From contig JAVHQC010000016.1 of the NCBI GenBank assembly GCA_036170915.1, positions 1 through 64,000 of the forward strand: a stretch of DNA of 64,000 nt. Direction: 5' to 3'. The position numbers and the translations under genes were made by a program. Below are positions 40,487 through 50,291 of this stretch, piece after piece. This DNA comes from Cyanobacteria bacterium auto_48_18 (lineage in GTDB: Bacteria; Cyanobacteriota; Vampirovibrionia; Obscuribacterales; Obscuribacteraceae). Position 1 is the first letter of the stretch. The number at the start of each line of letters is the position of its first letter. A model generated the notes under the pieces. That model had not been told where the DNA came from. It saw only the letters and a program-made list of their open reading frames with translations, and made no database searches.

Positions 40487-43390
40487 ATGCAAGAAGCGAT
40501 ACGGTCGAGGCTTTCGATGACTGATTCTCACCGCGAGAAAAAACGTCGCGGCAGGCACATGGTTAACGAAAACGTCCTCAACGAAATTGAGGCACTGTCT
40601 ACTGCCGCCTATGAGCAGCTGCTCGTAGGAGGTGGAAAAGAGGCCCAGGCATTGCTTCTTCAAGCGCTAACTTTATGCCAGGATGCTCCTTATGCGGAAA
40701 AACCAAAAGCGGTAGTGCTGACTTATTTGGGCCAGACTGAACGCATGATCGGCCTTCATGCCCAATCAATAGAGCATTTGCATCAGGCCATCGAACTTTG
40801 CCGTCAGGCCAATTTGCTCGAATGTGAACTGCAAGCGCGATTGTTTCTCGCCGAACAACTGGCCGGGCAAGGCGATTTTACTGAGGCCCAGGGCCATTTT
40901 GACCTGGCTTACAACACAGCGTCATTTTTACAAGATTTCAATTCTATGGAGCTGGCGGCCGGCAATCTTGGTTCGGTTTGCATGTCTTTATCGCATTTAG
41001 AAGCCGCCACCGACTGGTTTAACATTGCTCTGGAGCTGGCTGATCACACAGCTTCGGGCGAAAAAAGTGTTTGGCTTGGCAGTCTTGGTCTGGCATTAAG
41101 TGAGCTTGGTCAGTTCGAGCAAGCGACCAATTATTATCGACGTGCCTATCTCGAAGCCGAATATGAATCAGACGCGCTGACTATGTCTATCTGCCGTGGC
41201 TCGGAAGGCAATATTTGCTTTGAGCAGGCCAAGTTTAGTCAGTCGTTTGACCTCTATAAAGAAGCGCAGCATCTGGCCTCTCAAGGCAAAGACCGCCGGC
41301 GTGAGGGCATCTGGCTTGGTAATCAGGGCGTGTCGCTAGCCCGTTTGACCCAAACCGATGAAGCGATTTTGCTTTTAGAAAAAGCCCTGTTTATTGCCCG
41401 TGAACTTTCAGATACGGCCACCATTGCCGCTCATCTGGATAGCCTGGGTGACTGCTATAAAGCTCTGGCTGACTTTGAACGTGCCAATGAATATTATACG
41501 GAAGCGCTGACCATTAGCCGCTCCATCAAAGATCGCCTCGGCGAGCGTATTTACCTTGGTAATTTAGGAAAATTGAAAGCGCAAAGCGGCGAACTGGCCC
41601 CGGCTTTCGAATATTTCCGCCAGGCTGTGGAGTTGTTTGACGAGCAGCGCGGCATGATTAAAGCCGACGATTTAAAGACTAGTTTTGCCAATCGCGGACA
41701 GGAACTTTATGGCGACATGGTCTCAACTTGTCTGAAGTTGAATTTGCGGGTGGAAGCACTTGAGTATGTAGGTAGAGCAAAGTCACGAGCACTGCTCGAT
41801 TTGCTCAGCAATTCACCCATTGATGTTAGCGAGCTAGCCGCTGTTGGTGATGATGATGGCAGTGTGAGTAGCGATGGCACAGGTGGCACTGGTGTCACCC
41901 GCAGCTTAAAAGATTTGATGTCACGAGAAGCTGATCTGCGAGCTCAAATTGCCCATCTAGAGCGCCAGTTTTTCCACGGTCAACCTGAAGATGACTCGGG
42001 CACCGGTAGTGGTGGCAATACTGGCAATACTGGAAATGGTGGCAATACAGGTCTGCGCGGTTCTCAGGCACCACAAGAAGATACGCGTAAGCTCTATTTA
42101 GAATGGCGCGAAGTTTTAAATCAACTGCGTCGCCGTCACCCTAATTATGCCAATCTGGTATCAGCCAGCACACTCAGTTACGGCGAAATTCAGTCACTCT
42201 GGCAATCAGGCAAACTGGCTGATGATACTTGCGTCATTGAGTTTTTCTTTCCACAAGATTATCTGCTTGTAGCATGCGTGCAAAATGAAAAAAATCTGCA
42301 AAATTTGAAGAGTGATGATGGCCTATCTTCTGATGCAGGCAGCAGACCTGGCCTGTCTACTCACGCAGTGATGGATAGCAAGGCCCTGGACCAGATTCGC
42401 GATGATATTGCTACATTTTTGGAAATGAGTTCTACAGAAGGCTGGGAAGTGCCGGTTTCTCTCTGCAAAAGGCTTTACAACAATTTGCTCGGTCCTGTGA
42501 TTGAAAAGCTTCACCCGTCAGTGAAAAGACTGTTGCTAATTCCTCATGGCAGTCTTTATCATTTGCCTTTTTCAGCCCTTCATGATGCTTCTGCTTACGT
42601 TTGTCAGAGCTATGCCATCAGCTACGTGCCGACGGTGTCACTGATTCCAGTGTTAGCCCAGACTCGTGGTGCGGTTAGTGCGTCTAGTGCGGCCGGAGCG
42701 GTTACGTCTGACGGCTCAGGTGCAATTCAAAAAGAAGCGGCAGCCCGTTATCTTGTTTCTGCCATTAGTGATTATTCCGCCACCAGAGAAAGTGGCATGG
42801 TCTTCAGCTCGCGTTTGCGTTCGTCAGCAGGCTTAGAAGACCTGGCATATACCATGGAAGAGGCAAATTCGATTTTGTCGCTTGGCCAGGGCACTGCCGG
42901 TAATGGCACTCTGCTCACTAACGAAGAAGTGAAGCGCTCTTTGTCCGAATTATTCGGCGAATTTGAAGTAGTACACTTCGCCGGCCATGCCATTTTCAAT
43001 CATGATGAACCAATGGCTTCCGGGCTGGTGCTCTCAGACGGCAGCATTCTTTCGGCAGCATCAATTCTTGAAGGCAATGCTCTGCGTACCCATAAAGGTC
43101 GCCTGTTAGTGCTTTCCGCTTGTCAAACCGGTGTCAACGTTGTCACTGAAGGCGGCGAAATTCTTGGTCTGGCCCGTGCGCTCATGTATGCCGGCATGCC
43201 CAATCTGGTCTTGTCGCTCTGGGAAGTAGCAGACCGCTCCACAGCCGCCTTGATGCAAGATTTTCATACCGCATGGCAGTTAGGAAAAGTCTCTGTGGCC
43301 CAGGCCTTGCGTCAGGCTCAGATGAAAGCAATTGAAGCCAAACAGCCGGTACACGCCTGGGCGCCCTTCATACATTTTGGTATTGAATGA
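40487..43390 (+). CDS. TPR-CHAT (caspase/separase-fold) cysteine protease
   Basis: TPR array; RAKSRALLD, LLLIPHGSLYHLPFSAL, catalytic HFAGHA and VLSACQTG, SLWEVAD, WAPF. Confidence 0.93.
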   Translation: MQEAIRSRLSMTDSHREKKRRGRHMVNENVLNEIEALSTAAYEQLLVGGGKEAQALLLQALTLCQDAPYAEKPKAVVLTYLGQTERMIGLHAQSIEHLHQAIELCRQANLLECELQARLFLAEQLAGQGDFTEAQGHFDLAYNTASFLQDFNSMELAAGNLGSVCMSLSHLEAATDWFNIALELADHTASGEKSVWLGSLGLALSELGQFEQATNYYRRAYLEAEYESDALTMSICRGSEGNICFEQAKFSQSFDLYKEAQHLASQGKDRRREGIWLGNQGVSLARLTQTDEAILLLEKALFIARELSDTATIAAHLDSLGDCYKALADFERANEYYTEALTISRSIKDRLGERIYLGNLGKLKAQSGELAPAFEYFRQAVELFDEQRGMIKADDLKTSFANRGQELYGDMVSTCLKLNLRVEALEYVGRAKSRALLDLLSNSPIDVSELAAVGDDDGSVSSDGTGGTGVTRSLKDLMSREADLRAQIAHLERQFFHGQPEDDSGTGSGGNTGNTGNGGNTGLRGSQAPQEDTRKLYLEWREVLNQLRRRHPNYANLVSASTLSYGEIQSLWQSGKLADDTCVIEFFFPQDYLLVACVQNEKNLQNLKSDDGLSSDAGSRPGLSTHAVMDSKALDQIRDDIATFLEMSSTEGWEVPVSLCKRLYNNLLGPVIEKLHPSVKRLLLIPHGSLYHLPFSALHDASAYVCQSYAISYVPTVSLIPVLAQTRGAVSASSAAGAVTSDGSGAIQKEAAARYLVSAISDYSATRESGMVFSSRLRSSAGLEDLAYTMEEANSILSLGQGTAGNGTLLTNEEVKRSLSELFGEFEVVHFAGHAIFNHDEPMASGLVLSDGSILSAASILEGNALRTHKGRLLVLSACQTGVNVVTEGGEILGLARALMYAGMPNLVLSLWEVADRSTAALMQDFHTAWQLGKVSVAQALRQAQMKAIEAKQPVHAWAPFIHFGIE

Positions 43391-43432
43391 GGTTATACTG
43401 AGCAAAATTCCTGCCCTGTTTTTTGTGAAAAT

Positions 43433-43978
43433 ATGCTCAATTTACGATCTGCCCTGACCTTTGCAAGCGCCGTCTTACTTGGTTTTTCTTCCACCGCTTT
43501 TACCAGCGCCCTCGCCGAAAGCAGCGATAAAGAAAAAGATTCAAAGCACAGAAGCGACACTGAAAAAACTTTCGGTAATGCTATAGTGCCCCATCCGAAT
43601 TTGCCCGGTTCGGTGATGGTACAGACTGATCCGCTGGCCATCTATAAAGAAGCCGGCATCGATAAAGAACAAGAACGCAAAATTCGCATCATGGCCAAAG
43701 AGTTTGAAGACGGCCAACGTGTGCGACTGGCTCTTTTTGGCAACTTGCTCAAAGAAATGCGCGATTTGCAGTTTGAGCCTGATCCTGACGAAAGAAAAGT
43801 GCTGGCCAAGCAAGACGAAATCAATAAGGTGCAAGCCGAGATCGGCACCGAGAGAGTTAAGCTGGTGCTCAAGATTCGTTCGATTTTAAGCTTTGATGAA
43901 AAACAGCGCCTGGTTACTAATTTGAGATTGTCATCTCGCTACGGCAAGGCCGGCGTGGAGCCAGTCAAAAAAGATTAG
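43433..43978 (+). CDS. Spy/CpxP-like periplasmic helical chaperone
   Basis: Signal peptide; IDKEQERKI and IRSILSFDEK (LTxxQ-like); PDERKV...DEI. Confidence 0.7.
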   Translation: MLNLRSALTFASAVLLGFSSTAFTSALAESSDKEKDSKHRSDTEKTFGNAIVPHPNLPGSVMVQTDPLAIYKEAGIDKEQERKIRIMAKEFEDGQRVRLALFGNLLKEMRDLQFEPDPDERKVLAKQDEINKVQAEIGTERVKLVLKIRSILSFDEKQRLVTNLRLSSRYGKAGVEPVKKD

Positions 43979-44619
43979 CCTTTAAGAACAGGGCTGACAG
44001 CCATAAAATGAACGGTGGCAAAGTTTTGACTGAAGTCGATTCTGGTCACAGAACCAGTTGGTACTGAAAGGCGCCAGAAGTTTTGCACAGGCATTCCTAA
44101 AGCGTAAACCAGAATTGAGCGAATAATGCCTGAGTGGGTGACCATGGCGATGGTTTTGCCGCAATAAGACGGTGAGCCAACTAAAGTTTTGACACTCTCA
44201 GCAATGCGATGGCTTAATTGCTTGATAGACTCACCCCCAGGTGGTGCGTTTTCAATCGGATCTGCGCACCAGCTGTGGTACTGTTCGCCATCATTCTTTT
44301 TTATGTCAAGATATGTTCTGCCTTCCCATTCACCCACCTGCCATTCTTCGAAGCCTTCTACAACTTCGGCCGTCAGCCCCGTTTCTTGCTCTAACGGGCG
44401 GCATGATTGAATGACGCGCACAGCCTGGCCGCAAATTAGTTTTTGTGGCTTTAATGCGGCGACATATTGAGCCGCTGCTTGAGCTTGTTTTTCACCTTTG
44501 GCAGTGATTTCTATTTTTACATCACTGTAAAGTAAACCTAGTTCGGTAGCTCTTGTGTGACCGTGACGCACAAGATAGAGAGTGGTAATTTCTTCCAGAG
44601 GGTGTAGTTCGTCACTCAT
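43975..44619 (-). CDS. Histidine phosphatase family (CobC/PGM-like)
   Basis: LYLVRHG, GEWEG, PPGGES and VTHSGIIR. Confidence 0.9.
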   Translation of the reverse strand: MSDELHPLEEITTLYLVRHGHTRATELGLLYSDVKIEITAKGEKQAQAAAQYVAALKPQKLICGQAVRVIQSCRPLEQETGLTAEVVEGFEEWQVGEWEGRTYLDIKKNDGEQYHSWCADPIENAPPGGESIKQLSHRIAESVKTLVGSPSYCGKTIAMVTHSGIIRSILVYALGMPVQNFWRLSVPTGSVTRIDFSQNFATVHFMAVSPVLKG

Positions 44620-45320
44620 CGGGTGCCTGCTTCAATAATTTGCGCGGCATTCTTGGGAGCAGTCATGCCATAAACTTGACAGACAGCAAAGAGGTCTTCA
44701 ACCTGTTTAGCTGAAAGTGTTTTTTCTCCACCTAACATATGGGCCAGTAACAATGTTTTTGCGTGATGCTCGAGAGTTTCAAGTCGGTAAAAGGCCTGGA
44801 AAATATCACTGCCGAAAGTCAATGCGCCATGGTGTGAAAGTAAAATTGTGTCGGTGTGCTGCAGGTGGGCTTTGATGCTTTCAGGTACTTCGTCGGTGCT
44901 TGGTGTCGCATATGGTGCCACTGCAATTTCGCCTAATGTCAAAATTGATTCAGGCATAACGCAACGGTTCAATGATTTGCCGGCGATGGTGAAAGCTACC
45001 GCTGTAGTCGGATGTGCATGGGCAACTGCTAATACGTCTGCTCTGGCGGCGTAAACAACCAGATGCATCTTTAGCTCGGTTGAGGCCTTTTTGCCTCGAT
45101 TTGAGTGGGTATCGAGCAGCTCACCATTGAGATTTGTTAAAACAAAATCAGATTCATTTAATGAACCTTTACAGCTTCCCGCCGGAGTCGTTAACAGAGT
45201 GGCGTCATTTAATTTGAGGCTGAAATTGCCCTCAGTGCCGCAAATGTAACCACGCTCATAGGCAAGGGCACATACTTTAGCCAGTGCGCATCTGGCTTTT
45301 TCTTCGCTTAATGGCTGCAA
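44616..45320 (-). CDS. Class II aldolase/adducin family protein (FucA/Ald2-like)
   Basis: EGNFS, STELKMH, HAHP and HHGAL metal-binding motifs; ATGA overlap with the phosphatase. Confidence 0.9.
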   Translation of the reverse strand: MQPLSEEKARCALAKVCALAYERGYICGTEGNFSLKLNDATLLTTPAGSCKGSLNESDFVLTNLNGELLDTHSNRGKKASTELKMHLVVYAARADVLAVAHAHPTTAVAFTIAGKSLNRCVMPESILTLGEIAVAPYATPSTDEVPESIKAHLQHTDTILLSHHGALTFGSDIFQAFYRLETLEHHAKTLLLAHMLGGEKTLSAKQVEDLFAVCQVYGMTAPKNAAQIIEAGTR

Positions 45321-45476
45321 GTTTGTATTTCATCCTTAGAAAATTAGACCATGACATCTACTGAGATCGCCAAGGATAGGTATTATATACTCGGCTGTTG
45401 TGCCCGTGGTTTGGATACGTACCGTCATACGTACCATCCATACCTCCTTTCTGGTCTGGCGATTGGGATGTGACCC

Positions 45477-47375
45477 ATGCGTTGCCCTGAATGTACTGTT
45501 AGAAATTCTGTCGCCGCTGTTCAGTGTAAAGAATGCGGCGCTAAACTGGCGCGCAAAAATGCACTTAGCCCTAAAGTGCTCAAGTATGGTGCCATAGGTG
45601 TAGCAGCTGTGGCTCTGCTCGGCCTTGGAGCTGTATCGCTGGCCATGATTCCATCAATGTTCGATTCAGACGCTGACTTGCGTAAAGTATCGAGAATGGT
45701 GGCAAAGGGCCCCAAATCGAAAGAAGATGCCGATCATCTAAGAAGCGAGCTAGAAAACAGCGTCAAGCGTTTTCTCGAAAAAAATGTGACTTTGCCACCG
45801 GCCGAAATAGCGGCAAAAATGCAAAAGCTTTTGCCTACTTCCGCTTATGAAATTCACGTTTTTGATTTGCCTAAAGGTCTTAAATTAGTAGAAGTAGATA
45901 CGGTTTTACAGCCCTGCAACTACATAATTTCAGGCAAAGATGTAGCCGTACTGCGTAAGTTTGACGTTTTCGACGAAGCAAAAGTTTTGGGTCCGGCCGG
46001 CGATGTCTTGGTTCTACTTGGCCACCACAATGCGCAAGCTGGTGGCAAGCCGCAAGTAAAAGTTTTTGCCCTGACTGCTAATGGCGTAAAAGATTTGAGC
46101 GACAAATCGGTGCCATTCTTTAGCGGTGGCGGTGAAGGCAAAACAGCATTTGCCGCCAATGGCAAAGACATTGATATTGAAATGACCGTGGCCTCGCGGG
46201 CCAGTGAAGAAGAATTGTTCACGCCATCGAGTTTGAGGGCTTTAGGCCTGCCTGATGAAAAACTCAAGCTCAAATTGGTGTACAACAATGCCGCCTATGA
46301 GCTGCAAGACGATAATGGACGAGGTCCAATGGCCGCTTTGCGTGCCATTGCCTTTACTGTGGCAGACCCGGCGCAGAAGCCGCGTTTTAGAAGATTTCTG
46401 ACCAATGCGGTTGGCGATTCTTTAGGCCGTGTGGGGAAATTAAAAATCTGCCCTCCTGCTTTTGAGATCAAGCGCAAAGGCGCGGCGGCAGTGTCTAGCG
46501 CAGGGGCTGAAGACGACAACAGCGGCTCACGTCGCAGCCGCAGAAGACGCAGGGAAGCGGCTCGGCAAGCGATTCAGAGCGGAGCACCCGTTTACTTCAT
46601 GGGCAATGCTGAAGACGCGTTTGAAGTTGTGCTGGCCAGAGGCAGCTCAGGTGTTATGCAGACACGCGAATTACGGCGTGTCAAAGTGCAAGGACATGGT
46701 GCCGAGAGTGACAATGCTTCTGTGGCTTCAACTTATGAAAATAAGACGTCGACATTAGTCGACAAGTTGTTGGCTACTCCTGATGACCACGTTGCAAAAA
46801 ACGATACCAACGACTCGAGCAATTCTAATAGCAACACTAATTCTAGTAGTCATAGTGCTTCACCTCCTGCTGTTGCAGTGGCACCTTTAGCTATGCCAGT
46901 GATTAAAGCAGTTGATAAGACTGCTTCAACTAAGGTGATTGAGAAAGTCAGCGAAGCCGAAAAAGGCACTGTAATAAGTTCTTTGTCGAGCGAAACAGTG
47001 AAAGTTAGACGGGGCGTGGGCACTCATTACCGCACCATTGCCGAGATTCCGCGCGGGGCTGATGTAGCTATCATTGGCAAGAAGGAAGGCTGGTATAAAG
47101 TGCGGGTGAACGGCCGAGAAGGCTACATCTATGGCGGCTTTATCAATTGCAAAACCGGCGATGCTTACACCACAGCCACGGTGAAGAGCGTTAACTCTGT
47201 CAAAGACGAAGGTAACCGCACTCTGACACACACCCAGTCAGGTGACCGGGTAGTGGTCTTAGGTGGCATTAATAACAACAAATACAAAGTGCAAATGGCA
47301 AACGGGCGAACTGGTTACATCGATAAAGATGCCCTAGACGTGAGTGTCGAAGGCCCACCGCAGTTTGTACCGTAG
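45477..47375 (+). CDS. Zinc-ribbon + TM + periplasmic domain with two C-terminal bacterial SH3 domains
   Basis: CPEC...CKEC, one TM, VKVRRGVG...GWYKVRVNGREGYI and YKVQMANGRTGYI. Confidence 0.85.
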   Translation: MRCPECTVRNSVAAVQCKECGAKLARKNALSPKVLKYGAIGVAAVALLGLGAVSLAMIPSMFDSDADLRKVSRMVAKGPKSKEDADHLRSELENSVKRFLEKNVTLPPAEIAAKMQKLLPTSAYEIHVFDLPKGLKLVEVDTVLQPCNYIISGKDVAVLRKFDVFDEAKVLGPAGDVLVLLGHHNAQAGGKPQVKVFALTANGVKDLSDKSVPFFSGGGEGKTAFAANGKDIDIEMTVASRASEEELFTPSSLRALGLPDEKLKLKLVYNNAAYELQDDNGRGPMAALRAIAFTVADPAQKPRFRRFLTNAVGDSLGRVGKLKICPPAFEIKRKGAAAVSSAGAEDDNSGSRRSRRRRREAARQAIQSGAPVYFMGNAEDAFEVVLARGSSGVMQTRELRRVKVQGHGAESDNASVASTYENKTSTLVDKLLATPDDHVAKNDTNDSSNSNSNTNSSSHSASPPAVAVAPLAMPVIKAVDKTASTKVIEKVSEAEKGTVISSLSSETVKVRRGVGTHYRTIAEIPRGADVAIIGKKEGWYKVRVNGREGYIYGGFINCKTGDAYTTATVKSVNSVKDEGNRTLTHTQSGDRVVVLGGINNNKYKVQMANGRTGYIDKDALDVSVEGPPQFVP

Positions 47376-47447
47376 AGTTGCCTGATTAAATAGCTGAGTG
47401 GTCAAGTAGGCAAGAGCTTTACTTTTTGTTTTCAGCGCCGGCCGGTG

Positions 47448-47456
47448 TGATATATT
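47448..47456 (+). promoter_or_regulatory. Putative extended -10 element of the tRNA promoter
   Basis: TG-A-TATATT ending 7 nt upstream of the tRNA 5' end. Confidence 0.45.
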
Positions 47457-47463
47457 TGAAAGC

Positions 47464-47537
47464 CGGGACGTAGCGCAGCTTGGTAGCGCGGTTGCTTTGG
47501 GAGCAATAGGTCGCAGGTTCAAATCCTGTCGTCCCGA
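47464..47537 (+). tRNA. trnP: tRNA-Pro (anticodon UGG), CCA not encoded
   Basis: Acceptor CGGGACG/CGTCCCG, D arm GCGC/GCGC, anticodon stem GTTGC/GCAAT with loop TTTGGGA, T loop GGTTCAAATCC. Confidence 0.97.
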
Positions 47538-47560
47538 TATTTTCCAATTCAAAGAAGAAA

Positions 47561-48088
47561 TCAGCGCAGCTTTTGATAAATGGCGCTGATGCCTGAGTCG
47601 GACGGACAGTCAGACTCTAGCTTTGCCTCACGCACCAGAGCAAAACCTGCTTTTTCCAGGGCGCGGCGGGAGGCAAGATTGTCTTTTTGCGGCACCGCCA
47701 CCACTGAGTCAATATCAGAATAAAGTGAGAGAGCCATCTTTGTCATCATTCTGATGGCATGCGTACCCACACCTTTGCCGATTTGCTCAGCGACACCCAC
47801 AACATAATCAATGCCCAGGGCTTTATCGATGGCCACTGTTCTTTCCCAGGCCGGATAGTGGCAATGCTTGTAGCTCTGGATCATGCCCACCGGTTTCTGG
47901 TCTACTTGAATAATATAAACACGCGTCAAAGCCTGTGGTTCAAGGCAAGCTTGATATTTGCTTTGCAAAGTTTCTTGATCGGTTATACCGTCCCACCATG
48001 GTGCCACATGTGGTGCGCTGAACCATTGACTGAACAGTGCAATGTCATCTGCCTTTATCGGTCTCAAAGTGGTGTCGCGGTTAGTCAA
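47561..48088 (-). CDS. GNAT acetyltransferase (AAC(6')-Ib/IucB-like)
   Basis: PHVAPWW, GMIQSY, GIDY, IGKGVGT and PQKDNLASRRALEKAGF. Confidence 0.85.
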   Translation of the reverse strand: MTNRDTTLRPIKADDIALFSQWFSAPHVAPWWDGITDQETLQSKYQACLEPQALTRVYIIQVDQKPVGMIQSYKHCHYPAWERTVAIDKALGIDYVVGVAEQIGKGVGTHAIRMMTKMALSLYSDIDSVVAVPQKDNLASRRALEKAGFALVREAKLESDCPSDSGISAIYQKLR

Positions 48089-48657
48089 TTTAAGTTAGCA
48101 GCCGCGGTGAGCTTGAGCAGGGCCTCTTGAGCCGAGTGGTCGTACAGACGTTCTAGAGCATCATTGGTGCCGCGTAAACCAGCCACAACTTGTTTTGACC
48201 AGTCTACATACTCAATGCAGCGTTGCTGGCTCCATGAAGCTGGTGGAGATTTTCCCATGTCTCGAACATTGCTGATTTTATCGGCTAATTTAATGCATTT
48301 GGCTCTAGCGCTTATAAGCGGTGCATGCTCAATTTGCTTTTGCTTGCGTTCTGCCTGGGGCAAACTTTTGTCGTAAGTACATTCCATCACCAGTGAAGCT
48401 ATTTCATCGCCAAACAAATCTTCCAGACATTCGCGGGTGGTATCTGTATCTTCAACAGTATCGTGCAAAATACCGGCGGCAATTATGGTACTGTCAGCGA
48501 TACCACCAACTTCGTGCAGTAATCTTGCTACTTCTATGGGGTGGTTAATGTACGGCGATGCTTCCTGGTCTTTTCGTCTTTGATTGCGATGCTTGTCGGC
48601 GGCAAATGACATTGCCGACATAATGACGCTCAAGTCTGTTTTAGATTGATTATCCAT
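48085..48657 (-). CDS. Mesh1-like small alarmone hydrolase (HD domain)
   Basis: HRNQRRKD..PYINHP, LHDTVEDT and KLADKISNVRD. Confidence 0.88.
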   Translation of the reverse strand: MDNQSKTDLSVIMSAMSFAADKHRNQRRKDQEASPYINHPIEVARLLHEVGGIADSTIIAAGILHDTVEDTDTTRECLEDLFGDEIASLVMECTYDKSLPQAERKQKQIEHAPLISARAKCIKLADKISNVRDMGKSPPASWSQQRCIEYVDWSKQVVAGLRGTNDALERLYDHSAQEALLKLTAAANLN

Positions 48658-48755
48658 GCTGTTTATCCATGCTGTTTACATTTTACCGTCAGAAGTCATC
48701 GGTGGGTTACTTATATGCTAAAAATAGATCCAGCAAGTCGTAAAGGCAGGAGCCA

Positions 48756-49016
48756 ATGAAAGAATCGTTCATGATATTTGTGATTATGGCCGTGATTCTA
48801 ACTCCATTTTTGCCTTCATTACTAAAGGGAAAATGTCCTAACTGCGGCAAGCGAAAACTTGATACTTTTGAGCCTGAGCTGGCCGAAGCGCCTCCGCCTG
48901 GCACGTATATGGCTTATTTTAGTTGTCAGAACTGCGAGATGCGCTTTGAGCGCAATAAAAGTGGTCCGTTGGTACCACTTCAGTCTGATGCAATTCCGCA
49001 TGTGCAGGTACAGTAG
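48756..49016 (+). CDS. Small membrane-anchored zinc-ribbon protein
   Basis: AGGAG RBS, N-terminal TM, CPNC and CQNC. Confidence 0.7.
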   Translation: MKESFMIFVIMAVILTPFLPSLLKGKCPNCGKRKLDTFEPELAEAPPPGTYMAYFSCQNCEMRFERNKSGPLVPLQSDAIPHVQVQ

Positions 49017-49028
49017 CCGTAGATCAGG

Positions 49029-50168
49029 TTAAGGCGTTGCTAGTTTAGTTCTGGTCAAACCTTTTAGCTTTTCTCTAATGGCCGGGATCGCTTTACGGGC
49101 AGCCACCTCCCCCGATTCTATGGCAGCTGCTATATCATCGCGATCAAATTCATACATATTCAAATTGTCGGCATTGGGTTCAATAACCACATCTGCCTGC
49201 CCGGGTCTGTCTTCGATCTCAGCCATGAGAATGCTTGCCAGTTTATCGGCGTAGCCAATGACGCTGTTGAATTGTTTTGTTTTTTCACTTTTGAGATATG
49301 CGTGCAGTTTGACTGCTACCACCAGTCTGGCGCCCACTGAATTTGCCGGCTCGGTGGGGAGGTTGGAGCGCAAGCCGCCGTCCACCAACAGGGTGTCGCC
49401 CATGGGTACGGGCTTGAAAAGAAAAGGTACGCTACAGCTAGCTTGCACTGCTTTGCTTATTGGCCCTTTGTCTAACCACACGGGGCGAGTATCTACTATA
49501 TTGACCGCCAGTGCTGAATAAGGAGTCTTCAATTGTTCAATAGTCGTAATCCCAGGTGGTAAATTCCTGCTGACAAATTTTGCGATCGTATTGCCGCTAT
49601 AAAGGCCTATGGACGGCTTAATAAACACCATGCGCTTAAGCAAGTATGGTGGCACCACCAGTGCCGCTTTTAGTTTAATGGGCAGCGGATAAAAAGCTTT
49701 CTTGAATTCTTTGCTGAGCACCAATTCTTCGATTTTGGCGGCGGGAACGCCGGCACAGTAAAGGCTGCCGACCATGGAGCCCACGCTGCTGCCCACTAGT
49801 AAATCAATAGGAATTTTTTCTGCTTCAAATACTTTTAGAACACCAACATGTGCTGCCCCTCGCGCGCCTCCACCGGCTAATATCAATGACAAGCGCGGAT
49901 TTTGCACTACTTGTGAAAGGTCGCCATTCTCAACGGGTGCAGCCGGTTGGTGCACAGATTCACCAGGACCAGTAGATGGCTTCTCGTCGGTTACTACTGT
50001 AGCGGGACCGTTAGCTTGCGGCTTCGGTAGGGTCGGGGGAGTGACAGGCGCGGTTAGAACCACAGCTGCTGGCGGCTCTATTAATTTGTCTGCCGCCCAT
50101 GCTGGTGTTGAGAACAGCAGCTGAGCTGCTATGAGAGCTGAGATTGTGCACCATTTTTGATTATTCAC
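49029..50168 (-). CDS. Secreted patatin-like phospholipase
   Basis: GGGARG, GSSVG nucleophile elbow, DGG; signal peptide ending AWA. Confidence 0.92.
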   Translation of the reverse strand: MNNQKWCTISALIAAQLLFSTPAWAADKLIEPPAAVVLTAPVTPPTLPKPQANGPATVVTDEKPSTGPGESVHQPAAPVENGDLSQVVQNPRLSLILAGGGARGAAHVGVLKVFEAEKIPIDLLVGSSVGSMVGSLYCAGVPAAKIEELVLSKEFKKAFYPLPIKLKAALVVPPYLLKRMVFIKPSIGLYSGNTIAKFVSRNLPPGITTIEQLKTPYSALAVNIVDTRPVWLDKGPISKAVQASCSVPFLFKPVPMGDTLLVDGGLRSNLPTEPANSVGARLVVAVKLHAYLKSEKTKQFNSVIGYADKLASILMAEIEDRPGQADVVIEPNADNLNMYEFDRDDIAAAIESGEVAARKAIPAIREKLKGLTRTKLATP

Positions 50169-50291
50169 AGAACTTTCTCTAACTGGTGACGGTTGTAGAC
50201 GACAGCTAATCGGTCAGGTTGTTCCAATTCATTGAGGAATGCCAATAACCTATACTTTTACTGGTATCTGGTACTGCATCTGGAGTTCACA

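Noticed and set aside
47464..49016. Integrative element or prophage at tRNA-Pro
   Set aside because: No integrase, phage genes or duplicated tRNA 3' end seen in the window.
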